The notes below the pieces were generated by a model. It worked only from the letters and a program-made list of their open reading frames with translations, was not told the origin of the DNA and did no database searches. Of a stretch of DNA of 64,000 bases, positions 37,948 to 48,383 are shown piece by piece. This DNA comes from Candidatus Babeliaceae bacterium (GTDB lineage: Bacteria; Babelota; Babeliae; Babelales; Babelaceae), in contig SKJC01000006.1 of assembly GCA_007116155.1 (NCBI GenBank), positions 31,951 to 95,950 of the forward strand, written 5' to 3'. Both the position numbers and the translations under genes were made by a program. Numbering within the stretch: the first letter of the stretch is position 1; each line of letters starts with the position of its first letter.

Positions 37948-38564
37948 AAACAATCCTTGCACGGATTATTTCAGGAAGCATGCTGGTTGGTGCCCTTGGT
38001 TATTCGTTTTTCTTCCTCCCTCCAGCGCTCTTTTCCCTTCTGCTACTTTTAATACTCGGAACCATCTTGGTCGTTGAATGGCCGCGCGTTGGGAGCACAA
38101 GACTAACACCTTGGTACCCAATTTTTCCATTTTTGCTTTTAATCCTAGCGAATCAAACAAATACCCAACGCTCGCTGGTCCTGGTAATTTTTGTCCTTGC
38201 CATGAGCTTTGATACCGGAGCCTATATTATTGGTTCTCTTTTTGGCCGCCACAAACTAGCCCCCTCTATTAGCCCAAAAAAGACTTGGGAGGGTGTTATC
38301 GGCGGGTGTCTTTTCTCTCTCTGTTCCCTTACCCTGCCTCCCCTGGCTACAATGCAACTCACTTCGCAATTACAAGCACTTTCTATTGTGCTTATCGGGG
38401 ATGCTGCCGCGCTCTTCGGCGACCTATTTATCTCGCTACTTAAACGTAAATCCGGCATTAAAGACTGTGGAACAAGCATTCCTGGACATGGAGGCTTTTT
38501 AGACCGCTTTGACAGTATCTTATTTGTAGCACCAGCACTTTTAGCAATTTTTGCTATACTATAA
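37938..38564 (+). CDS. cdsA: Phosphatidate cytidylyltransferase (short form)
   Basis: DTGAYIIGSLFGRHKLAPSISPKKTWEGVIGG and SIPGHGGFLDRFDSILF signature. Confidence 0.85.
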   Translation: MYMKTILARIISGSMLVGALGYSFFFLPPALFSLLLLLILGTILVVEWPRVGSTRLTPWYPIFPFLLLILANQTNTQRSLVLVIFVLAMSFDTGAYIIGSLFGRHKLAPSISPKKTWEGVIGGCLFSLCSLTLPPLATMQLTSQLQALSIVLIGDAAALFGDLFISLLKRKSGIKDCGTSIPGHGGFLDRFDSILFVAPALLAIFAIL

Positions 38565-38611
38565 AATCTATCTCAACCCTTATTAAATCAACTAATTTCT
38601 GTAGGATTTTT

Positions 38612-39634
38612 ATGAATATCTTTCGCAAATCTTTGTTTTTTTCTTCTATGCTTTTCTTTTCGCTACTATCAATAAAAGGAGGAGATTTTTCTTTTGAAGA
38701 GATCTCTTTTGAAGAGCAACCAAAAACAAAAAAATCTGTAAAAAAAAGCTCTCCTATCACCGACATTGCAACGAAATACCTATTTAAAAATGACTACGCC
38801 TTAAATGATTGGAAAAAAACCTGTAACTTTTCACCTTCTAAGCCTCAAAACAATCTGCTAAATGGCCAAGACGAAAAACATTCCTGGTCATTTAAAGACA
38901 ATATTTTTTCCTTTCCCGCACAACTAAAACCAAAAAAAATCGCCTGGAGCACAAAAAATAATACATCTTTTACTTTTCCCATAAAAGAAAACTTTGCCCC
39001 CGCGACAACATCACCTGATGATGCACTAAAAAAAGGCTTCATTTATCAGTATAAAGACAATGCATCAGAGACATTTTGCTTCCAATTTCCCCACGCAATT
39101 ACTACTATAAAAAAATGCCTTATCTCATGCAAAGACCCTGCTGAGATCTTTAAAAAAACACTACAAATTACACTTAAAAGAGATTCTACAGATATTGATA
39201 CTTTCAAATGGATCTACACCCCACTAGAAAAAACTGAAAGGTCAAGCGAAATACGATATAAAGTAATAGAAAATAGAGCATTTTGGAAATTTTACGAACA
39301 AAAAGCACATGAAAAAAAATTAGAACCAATCTTTGAAACAATGTTTTCTATTGAGAAAAAAAACAACAGTCTCCTTAAAAAAATTATTACATTATGTTCC
39401 GCAAAAAAGGGTACGCAAACAAAAACATGGACACCTAGTGAAAAAGAAAAAATAGTTAAACTAAAAACAGGATCCATACACGTTCCTTGCGTAAAAAAAA
39501 CAAAAGGCCGGCCTCTTACCATAACGCCACAAAGCCCAGAAATAACAATATTATTCCAAAAAATGAATGCGAAAAAGCTACGCCCCTCATGCACCCATCC
39601 TGAAAAAATTAAAGTGGCAAAAGATGTTTTTTGA
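38612..39634 (+). CDS. Hypothetical secreted protein
   Basis: Signal peptide MNIFRKSLFFSSMLFFSLLSIKG. Lys-rich. No known domain. Confidence 0.5.
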   Translation: MNIFRKSLFFSSMLFFSLLSIKGGDFSFEEISFEEQPKTKKSVKKSSPITDIATKYLFKNDYALNDWKKTCNFSPSKPQNNLLNGQDEKHSWSFKDNIFSFPAQLKPKKIAWSTKNNTSFTFPIKENFAPATTSPDDALKKGFIYQYKDNASETFCFQFPHAITTIKKCLISCKDPAEIFKKTLQITLKRDSTDIDTFKWIYTPLEKTERSSEIRYKVIENRAFWKFYEQKAHEKKLEPIFETMFSIEKKNNSLLKKIITLCSAKKGTQTKTWTPSEKEKIVKLKTGSIHVPCVKKTKGRPLTITPQSPEITILFQKMNAKKLRPSCTHPEKIKVAKDVF

Positions 39635-40736
39635 AATTGTACATCAATCAAAAAAATCTCGAGCTCGGGTTGGAAGAATTCACACGGCACATGGCATTAT
39701 TGAAACACCCAACTTTGTTCCTGTTGCTACCAATGCAGCCATCAAAGGTGTTGACTCAACAATTATAAAGCCGCTTGATGTACAACTCATGTTTTGTAAC
39801 ACCTACCACCTTATATTGCACCCAGGAAGTTCAACGGTTGCAAAGGCTGGGGGTTTACACCAATTTATGAACCGGCAACAACCGATTATCACCGATTCTG
39901 GTGGTTTTCAGGTCTTTAGCCTTGCCTATGGCGGCGTTGCAAATGAAATTAAAAGCCGGGGGATGAAAAAACAAGAAGGCGCAATCCTTTCAATCACCGA
40001 AGAGGGCGCAACATTCCGGTCGTATCGCGATGGATCCCGAATTCTTTTAACACCTGAATCATCCGTTCAAGCACAAAAAGAGCTTGGCGCGGATATTATT
40101 ATTCCACTCGATGAATTACCCCCGTATCACCAAGAAAAAAAGCATATACTTCGCTCTTTTGAGCGGACGCACCGCTGGGAAGAACGCTCTCTTAAAACGC
40201 ACAAACAAGACCCAATGCACCAATACATGTATGGTGTTGTACATGGCGGTGTTGATCCTATATTACGAAAAAAAAGCTGCGACCGGCTTAGCGCTCTCGG
40301 TTTTGACGGTTTAGCTATTGGCGGCAGCCTAGGCAAAGATCGCGAAGAACTTGCCAATATAAGCACAACTACCGCAAGGTTTATTGATCCTGCATTTCCT
40401 ATTCACCTTTTAGGCGTGGGTGATCTAGAATCCATAGAACGATGCATACCCGCAGGTATTGATACATTTGACAGCTCCTATCCAACAAAATGCGCGCGTC
40501 ACGGCATTTTATTGAGCCACAATGGACCGATAAATATAACCCGGAGCACCTGGAAGAATGTTCATGAGCCTGTTTCAACAGTCCAGCCAACGGCATCTTA
40601 TTCAGCTGCCTACCTGCACCACCTCTTTAAGGCACATGAACCCATAGCACATACACTTGCGAGTATCCATAATATTGCATTCATGGTACAAACTATGAAA
40701 ACAATCCGAGAAAAAATTTTGAACAATGAAATATAA
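39624..40736 (+). CDS. tgt: Queuine tRNA-ribosyltransferase
   Basis: MFFEIVHQSKKSRARVGRIHTAHGIIETPNFVPVATNAAIKG. C-terminal Zn site. Start taken at the internal Met (ORF begins at 39567). Confidence 0.88.
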   Translation: MFFEIVHQSKKSRARVGRIHTAHGIIETPNFVPVATNAAIKGVDSTIIKPLDVQLMFCNTYHLILHPGSSTVAKAGGLHQFMNRQQPIITDSGGFQVFSLAYGGVANEIKSRGMKKQEGAILSITEEGATFRSYRDGSRILLTPESSVQAQKELGADIIIPLDELPPYHQEKKHILRSFERTHRWEERSLKTHKQDPMHQYMYGVVHGGVDPILRKKSCDRLSALGFDGLAIGGSLGKDREELANISTTTARFIDPAFPIHLLGVGDLESIERCIPAGIDTFDSSYPTKCARHGILLSHNGPINITRSTWKNVHEPVSTVQPTASYSAAYLHHLFKAHEPIAHTLASIHNIAFMVQTMKTIREKILNNEI

Positions 40737-40760
40737 CCATACCAAAACGAAACATTTGCT

Positions 40761-41513
40761 ATGAAAATAATAACCTCTACACAAAACCCGCTCATCAAGG
40801 AACTCAAAAAACTTCAATCAACACACGCTCGAAAAAAAACAACACCCACGTTTATTGTTGAAGGAAAGAGAGCCGTTGCGACCTGCATCACATCATCAAA
40901 ACTTTCTCTAGTACACATACTCTGCACACCAGAATTAGTTGCCTGGGTTGATGAACAAAAAATTCCTGATGAAATAATTGTGCAAACAACTAAAGAAATA
41001 ATTCAAGATCTTAGCTCAGCAACAACACCGAGTGGCATTGTTGGGATTTTTCAGCCAACGCAAGAACCTTGCACAAAACTCGGCTCAAGCCTTGTACTTG
41101 CTGAAATTCAAGATCCTGGAAATATGGGTACCTTAATTCGAACAGCCACAGCCCTTGGCGTAGAATGTATTATTATTGGAGGAACATCTCCCTACCATCC
41201 AAAAGTTATACAGAGCACGGCCGGCGTACTTGCCCATGCATCAATACGACAGATGAGTTGGAAAGAGTTCATACAACATACAACCCAAGAAAAAATTACA
41301 ACCATCGCACTTGCTCCAGACCAAGGAATTCCCATCAGCCAAGCACACACCGATCAACATTTTGCACTTATTGTTGGCAACGAAGCACGCGGACTACCAA
41401 AAGAATGGCTAGATGAATGCGCTATACAAGCACACATTCCCATGAAAAACAGCATAGAGAGCTTAAATGCAGCAACAGCCGGAGCAATTGCACTCTACGA
41501 ACTTATTAGATAA
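40761..41513 (+). CDS. TrmH/SpoU-family RNA 2'-O-methyltransferase
   Basis: LVLAEIQDPGNMGTLIRTATALGVECIIIGG, LIVGNEARG, SLNAATAGAIALYE. Confidence 0.8.
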   Translation: MKIITSTQNPLIKELKKLQSTHARKKTTPTFIVEGKRAVATCITSSKLSLVHILCTPELVAWVDEQKIPDEIIVQTTKEIIQDLSSATTPSGIVGIFQPTQEPCTKLGSSLVLAEIQDPGNMGTLIRTATALGVECIIIGGTSPYHPKVIQSTAGVLAHASIRQMSWKEFIQHTTQEKITTIALAPDQGIPISQAHTDQHFALIVGNEARGLPKEWLDECAIQAHIPMKNSIESLNAATAGAIALYELIR

Positions 41514-41528
41514 TAAAAAAGGAAGGGC

Positions 41529-42833
41529 ATGTCCACAACAATAGAACCTAAAAAAATATCCGGATTCGTAGCCTCACTTATTACCATCAACATCATGCTT
41601 GGTGCTGGTATCTTTATTAATATAACCCAACTTGCACACATTGCTGGACCAATCAGCATCTTTTCCTACCCAATCGTTGGATTACTTCTGCTCCCGCTTA
41701 TTCTAACATTTACCAAATTGCTTTCGATTATTCCCGGTGCAACATTTTATGAGATCGGCTCTCTACTCCATCCAGCCATTGGATTTATAACTACCTGGGG
41801 ATATTTTATTGGTAAACTAGCCTCCGCCGCACTAGGTCTTCATGTCTTTACCTCCTCAGTAAGCCTTATTTTCCCCGTCTGCACTCCCTATGTTTTTCTT
41901 ATGGAAATCAGCGTCCTCGCGTGCTTTGGGTGTTTAATTTTTTTCAGTCTTAAAACAGGTCTCCCTATGCAGCTTTTTTTTCTTATATTAAAAGCAATTC
42001 CACTTATTTGCGGTATTCTCTCAGGCTTTGCTTTTATGCAAATGCCTGATTTAACAAGTTGTCCAACATGCTGGCAAAATCTTCCTGCAACATTCCCCCT
42101 TGTTTTGTTTGCATTTGCAGGATTTGAAGCTACTTGTTCTCTCGGCAATCAAATAGCAAATGCGAAAAAAAATGCGCCGCGCATTATTCTCTTTTCGTTT
42201 TTTACCACACTTATTCTTGTCTCACTTTTACAAATCGTTTTTGTATGCGCATTACACAATACATTGCCTCAAATGACTGATTTCAGACAACCCTTTATTA
42301 CGCTTTTTTCAAAAGCCTTTACACGCTACCCATTGTTTTTAACGATTATAACTAATACAGCCTTGGCCGGCATCGCTTCATCCGCCTTAGGCTCAAGCTA
42401 TAGTATTCTTTCAAGCAACATCTGGAATTTACACACCCTAGCTAAACACAACACATTACCGGGGTCATCGCAATTAATCAGGATCAATTCATTTAATACC
42501 CCTGTATTAATTACAATTCTTGCGATATTCGCAGAAATACTCTATTTAATTGGAACAAATAGCAACATTTACACGCTGCAAAGAATATCTGTTAGCGCAA
42601 ACATTTTAGCATGCACCTCAGGAACACTTGCATTTCTACATACCACCACCACGAAAAACCATCGACTATTGGGTCTTTGTGCATTAGGCACTTGCGCAAT
42701 ATTTATATATACGGCCGTACAAGAGGGGCTTCTTTCAGGATTTGCTCCATATGGATTCTATATAGGACTACTCGGGCTGGGATATATCTTATACAGGTAT
42801 GCAAAACATATACCAAAAAGACAACCCTGCTAA
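41529..42833 (+). CDS. APC-family amino-acid permease
   Basis: 12 predicted TM segments. N-terminal LITINIMLGAGIFI motif. Confidence 0.7.
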   Translation: MSTTIEPKKISGFVASLITINIMLGAGIFINITQLAHIAGPISIFSYPIVGLLLLPLILTFTKLLSIIPGATFYEIGSLLHPAIGFITTWGYFIGKLASAALGLHVFTSSVSLIFPVCTPYVFLMEISVLACFGCLIFFSLKTGLPMQLFFLILKAIPLICGILSGFAFMQMPDLTSCPTCWQNLPATFPLVLFAFAGFEATCSLGNQIANAKKNAPRIILFSFFTTLILVSLLQIVFVCALHNTLPQMTDFRQPFITLFSKAFTRYPLFLTIITNTALAGIASSALGSSYSILSSNIWNLHTLAKHNTLPGSSQLIRINSFNTPVLITILAIFAEILYLIGTNSNIYTLQRISVSANILACTSGTLAFLHTTTTKNHRLLGLCALGTCAIFIYTAVQEGLLSGFAPYGFYIGLLGLGYILYRYAKHIPKRQPC

Positions 42834-43787
42834 TGTTGATGCAATAATAGAAATAAGAATAAACCGACCAACAACCTGAGTTTCTGGTATACCCATTTTT
42901 TCAAAATGATGATGTAATGGAGCTAAATAAAAAATACGACGCTTGAAAAAACGCCAACCAACAATCTGTATAATAACAGACAACCCTTCCAAAACCAAAA
43001 TACAGCAGGCTACAAGGATTAACAGCTCAAGACGCATCATTAACACCAATAACGCCAATACTCCGCCCAGACTGAGTGATCCAACATCACCCATAAAAAT
43101 TGCAGCCGGATAGATATTGTGCCAAAGAAAACCTAACGTTGCGCCAAACAGAATCAAGCAGAGAAAACCTAATACACTATCACCACTAATAAACGCACAT
43201 AGTCCAAAAAAGAGCATATACAAGCTAACTAGGCTTGCAGCTAACCCATCCAACCCATCAGCAAAATTAACACAATTAGCTGTTGAAAGAATAACAATAG
43301 CTGCCCATACACTATATCCAATTGCTCCGACAAAAAGACCCCCCATCCCATACCAAACGCCAACAGGATATGCATCAGGGGCCACCCAATACCAAGCCGC
43401 CAATGATACCGCTGTTCCCAAACAGAGCGCCACCCATTTTTTCACGATAGATATACCGCGCGCATATCGAATTTTACACGCATCATCCCATAAACCCGTG
43501 ACAAGGAATGTTATCCATAGTATAAGCAAAGAAAAAACGCGCATATCTTGAAACATATATAAGGCGCCCACCATAGCTATAGCCACCGTAAATCCAATAA
43601 CAGCGCCACCCATTGTTGGTGTATCTTTTTTAGCAATATGTAACGCTTCAATATGCTCACGAGCACCTGCGCGCAAAACACCTATGGCATATCGCAACAA
43701 AAATTTAACTCCAAGCAGCACCAAAAAAAACGAAACGAGTGTAAAAAAAACTACATATCCGACCGTTAAAGAACAACATAATGCCAT
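42789..43787 (-). CDS. mraY: Phospho-N-acetylmuramoyl-pentapeptide transferase
   Basis: TPTMGGAVIGFTVAIAM, NFADGLDGLAAS, HHHFE motifs. Confidence 0.9.
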   Translation of the reverse strand: MALCCSLTVGYVVFFTLVSFFLVLLGVKFLLRYAIGVLRAGAREHIEALHIAKKDTPTMGGAVIGFTVAIAMVGALYMFQDMRVFSLLILWITFLVTGLWDDACKIRYARGISIVKKWVALCLGTAVSLAAWYWVAPDAYPVGVWYGMGGLFVGAIGYSVWAAIVILSTANCVNFADGLDGLAASLVSLYMLFFGLCAFISGDSVLGFLCLILFGATLGFLWHNIYPAAIFMGDVGSLSLGGVLALLVLMMRLELLILVACCILVLEGLSVIIQIVGWRFFKRRIFYLAPLHHHFEKMGIPETQVVGRFILISIIASTLAGLSFWYMFCIPV

Positions 43788-43850
43788 AAACTAAAAACCC
43801 TTGCCGATCAATAAAAACAACTACTTTCCATGCGCCAAAACACCCATGAA

Positions 43851-43879
43851 TTGACATTTTCACTAATATTGATATTATT
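43851..43879 (+). promoter_or_regulatory. Sigma70-type promoter TTGACA-N17-TATTAT for the 43977 gene
   Basis: ttgaca at 43851-43856 and tattat at 43874-43879. Confidence 0.5.
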
Positions 43880-43976
43880 AAAATGCTGCTTAAAAATTAC
43901 CATGCAAAGTATAACACATTTTCAGCAACCTAATTGATTCTTGATAATTCTCATTCAATGAAAATAAAGGTTAGAT

Positions 43977-44630
43977 ATGAATAAAATTCTACGATCACTT
44001 GCAAGTTTTACATTTTTATTATGCGCAACACCTGCGATAGTAGCTGTGTTTTCAACAACCTGCACAGCCGCACAAGGTCAGACAAAAACAATTGACCAAT
44101 TAGCTAATGCCTTCGCACAAAACATCTTGCAACAGGAAGAAATTTTTCTCTCCACCATCTTTGCAACCATCGTGCAAGAAGACAATTCTTTCAATAGAGA
44201 TATCAACCAAATTAAACAATTAAGTAATCTCAAAAATTACGCTATTAACGACCAATTAGCGACGCGTGTTCAAGCCGTATTTGTAAAACACGGCTATACT
44301 ATGGATAAAGAGCTTATTGCTGCGCGACTATTGGAAGCAAAAATATTCGAATCATTTAAGTTGTTTTTAGAGGGAAAAGAAAAATTGCCCTGGAGCATGG
44401 TATGCGATCAACTTACCGAATCGCTCAATCAATTAAAAGAGATACCAACAAGAAATGGCGATAAATATGAGGGGCTTCAATCATCTCTTGCAACATTACG
44501 TGCCTGCAAAAATAAAAAAACAATAGGAAATTCGCTCAATCAACACCTGACCCTGCTTCCCGTAAGTTTACAAAAACAATGCACCGGATGGGTAAATATT
44601 CTTCGCCTGGCGGGCCTGATTGTTGTATAA
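43977..44630 (+). CDS. Hypothetical secreted protein
   Basis: Signal peptide LASFTFLLCATPAIVAVFSTTCTAA. No domain recognised. Confidence 0.5.
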   Translation: MNKILRSLASFTFLLCATPAIVAVFSTTCTAAQGQTKTIDQLANAFAQNILQQEEIFLSTIFATIVQEDNSFNRDINQIKQLSNLKNYAINDQLATRVQAVFVKHGYTMDKELIAARLLEAKIFESFKLFLEGKEKLPWSMVCDQLTESLNQLKEIPTRNGDKYEGLQSSLATLRACKNKKTIGNSLNQHLTLLPVSLQKQCTGWVNILRLAGLIVV

Positions 44631-44661
44631 TAAAAATTGATAATATCCGCAACCAACTTAC

Positions 44662-44710
44662 TAAAGGCTATCGAATTAATCTGATAGCCTTTATATATAT
44701 ATATATATAT
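44662..44710. repeat. Perfect hairpin (aaaggctatc / gatagccttt) immediately followed by an (AT)9 microsatellite; overlaps the mnmG promoter region
   Basis: 10-bp inverted repeat at 44662-44691, then 18 nt of alternating AT at 44693-44710. The mnmG ATG is at 44728. Confidence 0.8.
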
Positions 44711-44727
44711 GAATTTCTACACATCCT

Positions 44728-46554
44728 ATGATTAGTACAAACAACCTTACAAAACAATATGACGTTATTATTGTCGGTGGTGGACATGCCGGCGTAGAGG
44801 CAGCACACATCGCAGCCAAACTAGGCGCAAAAACTATTCTTATCACTTCGGACAAGACTAAAATCGGCCTTATGCCGTGCAACCCATCTATTGGTGGCAT
44901 TGGCAAAGGACATATTGTATTTGAAATCAGTGCACTCGGCGGATTAATGCCTCACCTTTGTACTGAATCGTATCTACAAGCAAAAATGCTTAATACACGA
45001 AAAGGTCCAGCCGTTCACGGACTTCGCCTACAAATTGATAAAGCCTTGTACCAAGCTTCAGCGCAACGAACGCTTGAATCTATGCCAAATCTTTCCATAT
45101 TAGAAAATCGTGTTGCAACCTGCTGCTTTGATGAACAAAAAAACATAACAGGCATCACCACGGAAACCGGACAACGTATCAATGCCAACGCCGTGGTTAT
45201 CACCGGAGGAACCTTCCTCCATGGTGTTATTCATATTGGCGAAGAGCAGTGGCCTGGTGGAAGATCTGATGAAGCAGCAACCGTAACACTAGCAGATCAT
45301 TTAAAAACATTAGGGTTAACTATCGGCCGCATGAAAACAGGCACACCCGCTCGGCTCAAAAAAGATAGCGTCTGTCTTGATTCCATGGACATCGACGAAA
45401 CAGAACCACTTGAATATCTCTTTGCCTATCAACCACACAAAACTATCACTAAAGCTGTCTGCTATATAACTCACACCAATGAAACAACACATGAAATCAT
45501 ACGGTCGAGCGCACACCGGTCTCCTATATTTTCAAAGCGTATTACAGGAACGCCAACGCGCTACTGCCCCTCTATTGAAGATAAAATTACTCGTTTTCAG
45601 GATAAGTCATCGCATCACGTCTTTTTAGAACCAGAAGGGCTTTCAGCCGATGAATGGTATCCAAATGGAATATCAAACTCACTTCCTAAAGACGTTCAGG
45701 AAGCCATGATACACTCAATCCCAGGACTAGAAAACGCAGTCATTACTAAATATGCATATGGCATTGAATATGATTTTATTCAACCAAACCAGCTAGATCA
45801 AACACTACAAGCAAAAGAGTATCCTGGCCTATTTTTTGCTGGACAAATTAATGGAACTACGGGCTATGAAGAGGCTGCAGGGCAAGGACTTATTGCAGGT
45901 ATCAATGCAGCGCATAAAGCGCTAGGAAGACAACCATACATCATGCATCGGTATGAAGGCTATATTGGAATTATGGTTGATGATTTAACACGATTTGGAG
46001 TTGATGAGCCATATCGCATGTTCACGTCTCGCGCTGAACGCCGACTTATACTACGTCAAGACAACGTGTTTTTCAGATTATCACCAACCGCCTACCGGTT
46101 GGGACTCATCTCTGAAGCAATATACAATGAAATCATGGATGAACAAGCAAAGATAACCGATTTATTGCAACAAATCATACAACAACAATTGCACATCCAA
46201 TACGCACAAGCAATAACCCGGGGTGAACACAAATTAGTACAAGATATGATTCGCTTGTTTGTTAAGAGCAAAGGGACAACTCTATCGGCTCGTGGATATG
46301 ATAATCTATTTGCTGAATTACTCTATGCGCCATACCAAGAGCGCGAACTCCGTGAAATCGAAAAAAGCCGTACCTACAGCACACTAACCATCCCCGAAAA
46401 CTTTTCTTACAAAAATCTCCCAGGATTATCTCGTGAGCTACAAGAAAAGCTGCAGGAACATCGACCAAAAACGGTTGCCGATGCGCAGCAAGTTCCAGGC
46501 ATTACACCAGCTACAATTTCCTTGCTCATCTTTAAATTACGTGAACAAAAATAA
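44728..46554 (+). CDS. mnmG: tRNA uridine 5-carboxymethylaminomethyl modification enzyme MnmG (GidA)
   Basis: YDVIIVGGGHAGVEAAHIAAKLGAKTILIT (FAD motif). 608 aa. Confidence 0.95.
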   Translation: MISTNNLTKQYDVIIVGGGHAGVEAAHIAAKLGAKTILITSDKTKIGLMPCNPSIGGIGKGHIVFEISALGGLMPHLCTESYLQAKMLNTRKGPAVHGLRLQIDKALYQASAQRTLESMPNLSILENRVATCCFDEQKNITGITTETGQRINANAVVITGGTFLHGVIHIGEEQWPGGRSDEAATVTLADHLKTLGLTIGRMKTGTPARLKKDSVCLDSMDIDETEPLEYLFAYQPHKTITKAVCYITHTNETTHEIIRSSAHRSPIFSKRITGTPTRYCPSIEDKITRFQDKSSHHVFLEPEGLSADEWYPNGISNSLPKDVQEAMIHSIPGLENAVITKYAYGIEYDFIQPNQLDQTLQAKEYPGLFFAGQINGTTGYEEAAGQGLIAGINAAHKALGRQPYIMHRYEGYIGIMVDDLTRFGVDEPYRMFTSRAERRLILRQDNVFFRLSPTAYRLGLISEAIYNEIMDEQAKITDLLQQIIQQQLHIQYAQAITRGEHKLVQDMIRLFVKSKGTTLSARGYDNLFAELLYAPYQERELREIEKSRTYSTLTIPENFSYKNLPGLSRELQEKLQEHRPKTVADAQQVPGITPATISLLIFKLREQK

Positions 46555-46709
46555 ACCTCTATACCACGACCATCAACACCCAATTAAGACTCTTTCAAAC
46601 CATTCATATCTATAGGTTCAACACGAAAGAAAGGTAAATGCATTTCGCTTATTTTTTCTGTTTACGATATAATAAAAATTGTAGGTTTTCTTAGTCTAGG
46701 GACAGGCAG

Positions 46710-47162
46710 ATGAAAAAAGAACAATCGGCAGGCATAGTAGTCTATCGTCGCGACCAACAGAGCGGCAAATTGCTCTATCTCCTGCTCTATTATATTGGTG
46801 GCCATTGGGACCTTCCTAAAGGCAAAGTCGAAGCAAACGAATCGCTTATTGAAGCAGCTATGCGAGAAGTTCGTGAAGAAACAGGCCTAGAAGTAGCCCC
46901 GATTCAAAACTTTTCTGAAAATATTTCTTACTATTTTCGCAATCAAGAACGCGAACTCGTAGATAAAAGTGTGACGTTCTTTGTTGGCGAAACCAATCAG
47001 GAGACCATACAACTATCTCCTGAGCATTTAAATTTTGCATGGCTCGATGTAAACAGTGCGCTTAAACAACTTACCTATAACAATGCACGTCATCTACTAT
47101 CTATGGTCAATCAATTTATTCATGCGCGAGACGAAGCACAGCAAATGCAGAGCGAAAAGTAA
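46710..47162 (+). CDS. NUDIX hydrolase
   Basis: Nudix box GHWDLPKGKVEANESLIEAAMREVREETGL. Confidence 0.85.
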   Translation: MKKEQSAGIVVYRRDQQSGKLLYLLLYYIGGHWDLPKGKVEANESLIEAAMREVREETGLEVAPIQNFSENISYYFRNQERELVDKSVTFFVGETNQETIQLSPEHLNFAWLDVNSALKQLTYNNARHLLSMVNQFIHARDEAQQMQSEK

Positions 47163-47218
47163 AAATAAAATAGAAAAACGAACACGTCTAATTATAAAAA
47201 ATAAAGAGAATTGTCTCT

Positions 47219-47896
47219 ATGAAAAAGATAACCGTACTCCTAACTGTACTACTCAGCATAATGACAACTAGCCTTACACAAGCATTTGATCCATCAGAAA
47301 AATACGGCGCTGATGGTATTTTATTCAATGCAGGCAAAGAACTGTTTAGCTGGATCTCCTGTAAAACCAAAGAAAATGTTCCTCTATATTGGGACTATCT
47401 GAAAACAAATTCTGTAAACTGCTTAAGCAAAACTACCAACACCTGTGCATGGATCAAAAAACAAACACCAATCTACTGGAATAGCACTAAAGAAAATTCC
47501 AAACACTGCGCTGCCAAAACTAAAGAAACGATGCAAAAAATAAAAGAGAAAGCAAAACAGACCGCTTCTTTTATTACAGAAAACAATAAACTTGAGCAGC
47601 CAAATTATTTTCATATGCTCGGAATGATTAGTGCCGCAGCATACAAAAAGGGGAACATTATTCTCCCGAGCGCCCTACTCTTTGGTATACCTGCAATTTC
47701 ATCATTTTTTGAAACAAAAAAACAGATACCGACCAATCAAAAGCTAAAAAAAGCTGATTCTGATTTTGATACCCTACAAAGGGAATCTTTAAAACTACGC
47801 CTTTTGCAAACCATTGCAGGCGCTGCAGCACTAAAAGCTGGCGTTTTTGGAATAAAAATCGGATCGTGGTTCATGCATGCAACAATAAAAATCTAA
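47219..47896 (+). CDS. Hypothetical secreted protein with tandem Cys-bracketed about 22-aa repeats
   Basis: C-KTKENVPLYWDYLKTNSVN-C and C-AWIKKQTPIYWNSTKENSKH-C. Signal peptide. C-terminal hydrophobic tail. Confidence 0.55.
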   Translation: MKKITVLLTVLLSIMTTSLTQAFDPSEKYGADGILFNAGKELFSWISCKTKENVPLYWDYLKTNSVNCLSKTTNTCAWIKKQTPIYWNSTKENSKHCAAKTKETMQKIKEKAKQTASFITENNKLEQPNYFHMLGMISAAAYKKGNIILPSALLFGIPAISSFFETKKQIPTNQKLKKADSDFDTLQRESLKLRLLQTIAGAAALKAGVFGIKIGSWFMHATIKI

Positions 47897-47949
47897 GAAA
47901 CCACCAAAGAAAATTAATTGTATAAAAAATAGACTATAGGATTACAATC

Positions 47950-48306
47950 ATGAATGTTTATAAAAAAATAGTGGTAGTATTCGCGGTTGTTGCGATACAA
48001 ATCAATCATATTAAAGCATTTAATGCGGAAACACTATTTGGTCTAGGTATATCAATTCCCGCAGCAATAAGCACTGCCGCTGTCTGGAGCATTCTCCTGC
48101 ATAAGCAACTACAAAAAACCAAAGACCAATTATCGACGTCATCAGCCATCCCACCAGTTGAAGTTATCCCACCAAAAAAGGACCGACGCTTTTTACGCCT
48201 AAATCCTAAATATATCTATGCCTCAGCTATAGCTGCTGGAACACTAGGTATTATTACCTATGTTGCTTACCGTCTTGTCCAAGGACGAGAAGAAAGTAAC
48301 AACTAA
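47950..48306 (+). CDS. Small membrane protein
   Basis: Three hydrophobic segments. 118 aa. Confidence 0.45.
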   Translation: MNVYKKIVVVFAVVAIQINHIKAFNAETLFGLGISIPAAISTAAVWSILLHKQLQKTKDQLSTSSAIPPVEVIPPKKDRRFLRLNPKYIYASAIAAGTLGIITYVAYRLVQGREESNN

Positions 48307-48326
48307 AAGCTCTATGTTTTTTACAT

Positions 48327-48362
48327 AAAAAGAGGGCTTGAATTACTTCAAGCCCTCTTTTA
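48327..48362. terminator. Bidirectional rho-independent terminator
   Basis: aaaagagggcttgaa-ttac-ttcaagccctctttta. Confidence 0.85.
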
Positions 48363-48383
48363 TACGATTAAACGTATTAATAA

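Noticed and set aside
44662-44727. Checked for CRISPR arrays, IS elements, integrases, phage genes and toxin-antitoxin pairs across the window.
   Set aside because: I found no repeat-spacer architecture, transposase, recombinase or RT motifs in any frame. The only repeats are the (AT)9 tract, homopolymers and short hairpins.
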